Part shown: positions 63,820 through 64,000 of the stretch, one piece after another | Position numbering within the stretch: the stretch's first letter is position 1 | Layout of the letters: each line of letters opens with the position of its first letter | NCBI GenBank assembly: GCA_964035545.1 | Contig: OZ037766.1 | Span: 10,468,722 to 10,532,721 of the forward strand | Source: Bugula neritina | Lineage: Eukaryota > Animalia > Bryozoa | Length of the DNA stretch: 64,000 bases | Direction of reading: 5' to 3' | Position numbers and translations under genes: made by a program | The notes under the pieces: generated by a model | The model's database searches: none | What the model was told of the DNA's origin: nothing | Seen by the model: the letters and a program-made list of their open reading frames with translations, nothing else

Positions 63820-64000
63820 CTGCAACAGAATGTTCTATTTTAGAGTATCACCCCAAGTGGGAATGCAAAAATATTGTATAGAAGGTGCTGTAGTCAGTAA
63901 TTATTACATATAATTACTGATAATCCTAACTATTATAGGGTTTATCTAGTTTATTAACTATACTCAATTACTAATGCAGCTCTACATTTCAGTTGTCCCA

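Overview
AT-rich, intron-dense genomic DNA from an invertebrate animal. Six protein-coding genes can be rebuilt from GT-AG exons: a dihydropyrimidinase/CRMP-family gene (-, runs off the left edge), PCSK7-type convertase (+), a CIMAP2/LEXM-like ciliary gene (+), BRX1/BRIX1 (-), a ZDHHC3/7-like palmitoyltransferase (+) and the 3' part of a fibrillin gene (-, runs off the right edge). A 7.45-kb Ty3/Gypsy element with apparently identical 306-bp LTRs and a 4-bp TSD sits in sense orientation in ZDHHC intron 1. It has a -1 frameshift signal and an extra non-env 3' ORF encoding an acidic/C2H2-zinc-finger/coiled-coil protein. Six different intact tRNA genes lie in six separate fibrillin introns. Both head-to-head promoter regions are covered by ~2-kb quasi-palindromic (TAN)n-periodic tracts that are absent from the rest of the window. 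Small mobile elements include a hAT MITE, a tRNA-derived SINE, a probable solo LTR and other MITE-like repeats. All homology calls are from recalled motifs, not database searches.
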